IMG/VR virus record: IMGVR_UViG_3300006077_000002
Span: 29,818 to 93,817 of that record
Source of the DNA: a virus
Direction: 5' to 3' (one strand)
Length of the DNA: 64,000 nucleotides
How positions within the stretch are numbered: position 1 is the first letter of the stretch; each line of letters opens with the position of its first letter. Of this stretch, positions 60,586-64,000 are shown one piece after another. Both the position numbers and the translations under genes were made by a program. The notes beneath the pieces were generated by a model, which searched no databases, was not told the DNA's origin, and saw only the letters and a list, made by a program, of their open reading frames with translations.

Positions 60586-60922
60586 AGGATACTTTATTAC
60601 AGGAGTTCCAAAAAATCTAAAAGCTTTTATGAACTTGTTAAAAGGGCTTGGAGATGATGGATATACAGATAAAGAGTTGTGCAAAGAGGCTTTAGGAGAT
60701 TTGGAAGGAGAATATATGGTAGTCTATGATGATACCACAGGCTCTGATGAATGCTATTGGCCTTGGAGTACCGACACTTGGGAAGAGTATGAGGACTCTT
60801 ATGAATTTGATTCTACAGAATACAAACTTAAACATATAGACTATTATCAGGTGTGCAGAAAGCACAACATTAAAATCCCTAAGAAGTATCGTAGAAAGAT
60901 ACTATCAGAGATATATTTCTAG
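60578..60922 (+). CDS. Small acidic protein, LxxIY tag
   Basis: Ends ILSEIYF. Confidence 0.65.
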   Translation: MHRGYFITGVPKNLKAFMNLLKGLGDDGYTDKELCKEALGDLEGEYMVVYDDTTGSDECYWPWSTDTWEEYEDSYEFDSTEYKLKHIDYYQVCRKHNIKIPKKYRRKILSEIYF

Positions 60923-60935
60923 GAGAAAAAAGAAT

Positions 60936-61610
60936 ATGACCACTAAACAATTAAAAATAACTTCGGCTAACTTAGCTGAAGACTACCCACTAACTTCTCA
61001 ATTTGTGAATGGTATCTATGGCTTAGCTAAAAAGCTTAGCTACCAGATAGCAACAAACAAAGCTGTAGATAGTCATGATGACTTCTTTCAAATCATGTTG
61101 GTTGAAGCCTGTAGGCTTGAGCCAAAGTTTGACCCTGATAGAGGGACAAGTTTCTACTCATTCATTAACAGACCTTTAAGAGCAAAGATGTTTAAAGAGT
61201 TCATTGATGTTGACCGTGGCGGAGATAACTACAAGAAGATTAAAGAGTTCATCAAAGGGTACCAAGCAGATAAACATATATTTCCATCAGTGGAAATTAT
61301 CAGTGATGAGCTTGATATCCCATCCGATGTAGTTCGCCTTGATTATTATGGCAAGACACAAACAATCAGTGTTGATGATTGTGATGACTTGTTATTATCT
61401 GACGAGGTTGATGGGGTGAACCCAATGGACTATGTCAAATACCTTGAGCCTATAGAGCAGTTGGTAATCAGCTTACTCTATTCTGAAATACCTGAGGATA
61501 TGGCTGATGTATTTACGAGACAGTACTTAATGATTACCCAAGAAACTTTGGAAGAAATCAGAGACATCTCTCTAACCAAACTTAAGGGGTTAATAGATGC
61601 AGAGGATTAA
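60936..61610 (+). CDS. Phage sigma70-family (FliA/WhiG-like) sigma factor
   Basis: DDFFQ...KFDPDRGTSFYSF region 2; PSVEIISDELDI region 3; LEPIEQLVISLLY region 4. Confidence 0.8.
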   Translation: MTTKQLKITSANLAEDYPLTSQFVNGIYGLAKKLSYQIATNKAVDSHDDFFQIMLVEACRLEPKFDPDRGTSFYSFINRPLRAKMFKEFIDVDRGGDNYKKIKEFIKGYQADKHIFPSVEIISDELDIPSDVVRLDYYGKTQTISVDDCDDLLLSDEVDGVNPMDYVKYLEPIEQLVISLLYSEIPEDMADVFTRQYLMITQETLEEIRDISLTKLKGLIDAED

Positions 61611-61926
61611 TGACAAGGAAGTTTATAAACTCCTCAAAAAGGATATACAAATTAGACTGAATAACAAAGAGGAGGTAAAAGAATTCTTAAAAGCTATGTA
61701 TGAAATTGTAGCAGAAAACGGTGGTACTACCTTTGGCTCTGCCGATGGAAATAGTTATGGACGTAAGTTTATAGAGGATATAAGTGACAGAGAGTATCCA
61801 ACTTACATCTATAGAACAGACAGAGCACTATTTCAGACAGCAAGAGGAAACGACCACAACTTTACACTGCCAGAAATTAAAAGTAAATTTGCAGTAGCAA
61901 AACCATTGGGAGGTTTATATGATTAA
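61597..61926 (+). CDS. Small protein, LxxLY tag
   Basis: Ends PLGGLYD. Confidence 0.65.
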   Translation: MQRINDKEVYKLLKKDIQIRLNNKEEVKEFLKAMYEIVAENGGTTFGSADGNSYGRKFIEDISDREYPTYIYRTDRALFQTARGNDHNFTLPEIKSKFAVAKPLGGLYD

Positions 61927-62515
61927 CGTAGAATTACTACACCACACACCACTAAATGTTGCAGACTTTGCAATTTCTAAATGTTGGGACAAGCCATGTG
62001 ATATGGATAACCCTAATGTAGAGAAAATCAATAGAGTTGCTAACAAGTTTAAACATGCTTCAACAATTGAACACGTAACATACAATTTCAATGTAGATGG
62101 AATATCAAGAGCATGTCTTCAAGAACTTGCACGCCATCGAATGGCAAACTTATCTGTTAAGTCAACAAGATATACCTTAAAAGAACTAAGAGATTTTCCA
62201 ATTACTGGAAATTACATGGACTTTTTGGTATCAACAGATAATCCACTAGTAGATGCAGCTAATGAAGCTCAGCTAAGAGCTCTTCAGAACATTCTTAAAG
62301 ATGGATTGAGTAATGATGTTGCAAAGTATATGTTACCAGAAGCCTACAAGACATCTTTAGTATGGACTATCAATGCTCGTTCTCTTCAGAACTTCATATC
62401 TTTAAGGACTGACAAGAGTGCCTTATGGGAAATTCAAAACCTAGCCCATGCAATCTTCGATGCCTTGCCAGAAGACCACAAGTTTCTGTTTGAAGGGATG
62501 GTGAAAGATGGCTGA
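61919..62515 (+). CDS. thyX: FAD-dependent thymidylate synthase
   Basis: HASTIEH, ISRACLQELARHR..LSVKSTRY, TINARSLQNF..LR, ALWEI. Confidence 0.95.
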   Translation: MINVELLHHTPLNVADFAISKCWDKPCDMDNPNVEKINRVANKFKHASTIEHVTYNFNVDGISRACLQELARHRMANLSVKSTRYTLKELRDFPITGNYMDFLVSTDNPLVDAANEAQLRALQNILKDGLSNDVAKYMLPEAYKTSLVWTINARSLQNFISLRTDKSALWEIQNLAHAIFDALPEDHKFLFEGMVKDG

Positions 62516-62726
62516 TACAGAGATGACATATAGTGAGCATATGAATGCAGTTGCTAAACGCTCTTTCTATATGGAGGAAGTTAATTCAGTTACTGCAGAG
62601 GCAACAAGAGTTATTGTTGATAGGCTGACAAAGTTTGGAGTAGTCACCGTTGGTGATGAATACTTTGATGCTATATTTAAAATTATGGAGAAGCAATGCC
62701 CAAATGATTATAGGAATCACTTATGA
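62508..62726 (+). CDS. Hypothetical protein
   Basis: Operon context. Confidence 0.55.
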   Translation: MADTEMTYSEHMNAVAKRSFYMEEVNSVTAEATRVIVDRLTKFGVVTVGDEYFDAIFKIMEKQCPNDYRNHL

Positions 62727-63847
62727 GAAAATTAGTAACAGTTAGAACAATCTCAAAGCTAATACCAATTAATGGTGCAGACCGTATTGAGGTAGCAGAG
62801 ATTGACGGATGGCAGTGTATTGTAAAGAAGGGTGAATTTGCGGTAGGAGATAAAGGCCTCTACTTTGAGATTGATTCTTTCTTGCCAGGAGATGACGCAC
62901 GCTACAGTTTTTTAGGAAGTACTAAGCAGAAATCTTATGATGGAAAGAAAGGTTGGAGAATACGTACTATGAGAATGCGTGGAACAATTAGTCAAGGGTT
63001 ATTACTTCCTTTGGAAATGTTTCCAGAGCTTGACCTCACAGCTGATAACTTAGCGGAAGCATTAAGAGTTGTAAAGTATGATGTAGCTGATGTTATCCAA
63101 AGACCTGCAGGAAAACAAGGAAAGGCTGTAGGTAAAAAATTCCCATCATTCATTCCTAAGACAGACCAAACACGTATCCAGAATGTTATGTATTACTTCA
63201 ATTCTCTGAAAGATGAAGAGTTTGAAGAGACACTTAAGCTTGATGGTTCAAGTTGTACAATCTTTAGAACAGAGCGTCCACCAACACGATGGGAAAAGGT
63301 TAAAGCATTCTTTGGAATATCCTCTGACCTAACCCATAATGGAGTATGTAGTCGTAATCTTGAGCTTAAACCTTATGACAATTTCATCATTACATTTATG
63401 AATAATGGAATTAAGAGTCAGTATTCACAAGCTGACTTCTGGAAAGTTGCAGAGAAGTACGAAGTATTCAAGAAGCTACCTGTTGGGTTTGCTATTCAAG
63501 GAGAACTTATAGGTCCAAAGATTCAGGGCAATCATGAGAAAGTAGATGAACTTAAATTCTACGTGTTTGATATCTTTGATATTGGGCAATGTCATTATCT
63601 ATTACCTGGTGAGAGAGCTTCGTTTATGGCAGAACATCTTAAAGGTGTTCCACATACTCCAGTACTTCAAAGAGATGTTAAGATATTTCAACAAGTAAAA
63701 GATATTGAAGCATTCCAACAAAGAGTTAATGGTAAGAGTATGAACAAAGATGTTGTGAGCGAGGGACGTGTTTACAAGTCTTGTAGTCAACGAGGTCTTA
63801 GCTTCAAGGTAATCAACAACGAGTTCTTACTTAGGTATGAATCATGA
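62723..63847 (+). CDS. ATP-dependent RNA ligase (DRB0094/Rnl2-like)
   Basis: RKLVTVRTI..I.GADRIE, FPSFIPKTDQTRIQN, KLDGSS, IQGELIGP, EGRVYK, SFKVINN. Confidence 0.9.
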   Translation: MRKLVTVRTISKLIPINGADRIEVAEIDGWQCIVKKGEFAVGDKGLYFEIDSFLPGDDARYSFLGSTKQKSYDGKKGWRIRTMRMRGTISQGLLLPLEMFPELDLTADNLAEALRVVKYDVADVIQRPAGKQGKAVGKKFPSFIPKTDQTRIQNVMYYFNSLKDEEFEETLKLDGSSCTIFRTERPPTRWEKVKAFFGISSDLTHNGVCSRNLELKPYDNFIITFMNNGIKSQYSQADFWKVAEKYEVFKKLPVGFAIQGELIGPKIQGNHEKVDELKFYVFDIFDIGQCHYLLPGERASFMAEHLKGVPHTPVLQRDVKIFQQVKDIEAFQQRVNGKSMNKDVVSEGRVYKSCSQRGLSFKVINNEFLLRYES

Positions 63848-63865
63848 TTATGCAGGAAGTAAGAG

Positions 63866-64000
63866 ATGGATTTACCTAGTATACTTGGGGTAACTGTCAG
63901 TCAGATTGCATTCAACTTTGCAAGAACTGCCGCCAATAGGCACACAGTCCAAGACAATGCTTGGCATACAATTAAATGGGGAGTAGCTGTACAGTGCCTA
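63866..64000 (+). CDS. Partial hypothetical protein (runs off the window end)
   Basis: MDLPSILGVTVSQIAFNFAR... open to the window end. Confidence 0.45.
   Translation, partial: MDLPSILGVTVSQIAFNFARTAANRHTVQDNAWHTIKWGVAVQCL

Noticed and set aside
1-64000. Prophage, integrase, diversity-generating retroelement or intron/intein
   Set aside because: No integrase, repressor cassette, reverse transcriptase, template/variable repeat pair or interrupted core gene was seen

Overview
The window is part of the genome of a lytic, long-tailed dsDNA phage (siphovirus) with T5-like terminase subunits. Positions 1-29.1 kb on the minus strand carry the virion module: three large tail-fibre/receptor-binding proteins, tail tip, tape measure, tail tube, neck, HK97-type capsid, protease, portal and TerL. 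The plus strand carries a short TerS-containing block (29.2-31.5 kb), a ~2 kb non-coding region that is probably the genome terminus (31.5-33.5 kb), and early/middle genes. The latter include many small ORFs, an M28-type peptidase, a GluRS-like enzyme, an SF2 helicase, family A DNA polymerase, a sigma factor, ThyX and an RNA ligase. Promoter architecture (TTTAAG-N5-TTTAAG-N11-TATAAT), ThyX and the SLT protein suggest a Campylobacterota host (inference). Main observations: (1) 12 Fur-box-like palindromes, plus two other repeated operator-like motifs, fill the non-coding region; (2) about 20 otherwise diverse small proteins share a C-terminal L-x-x-[IL]-Y tag; (3) a peptidase/GluRS-like operon; (4) a heptamer-repeat putative ncRNA lies downstream of a coiled-coil gene; (5) the tail tube gene appears to start at ATA; (6) the DNA polymerase has altered catalytic motifs. 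All family assignments come from motif recognition by eye, not database searches.
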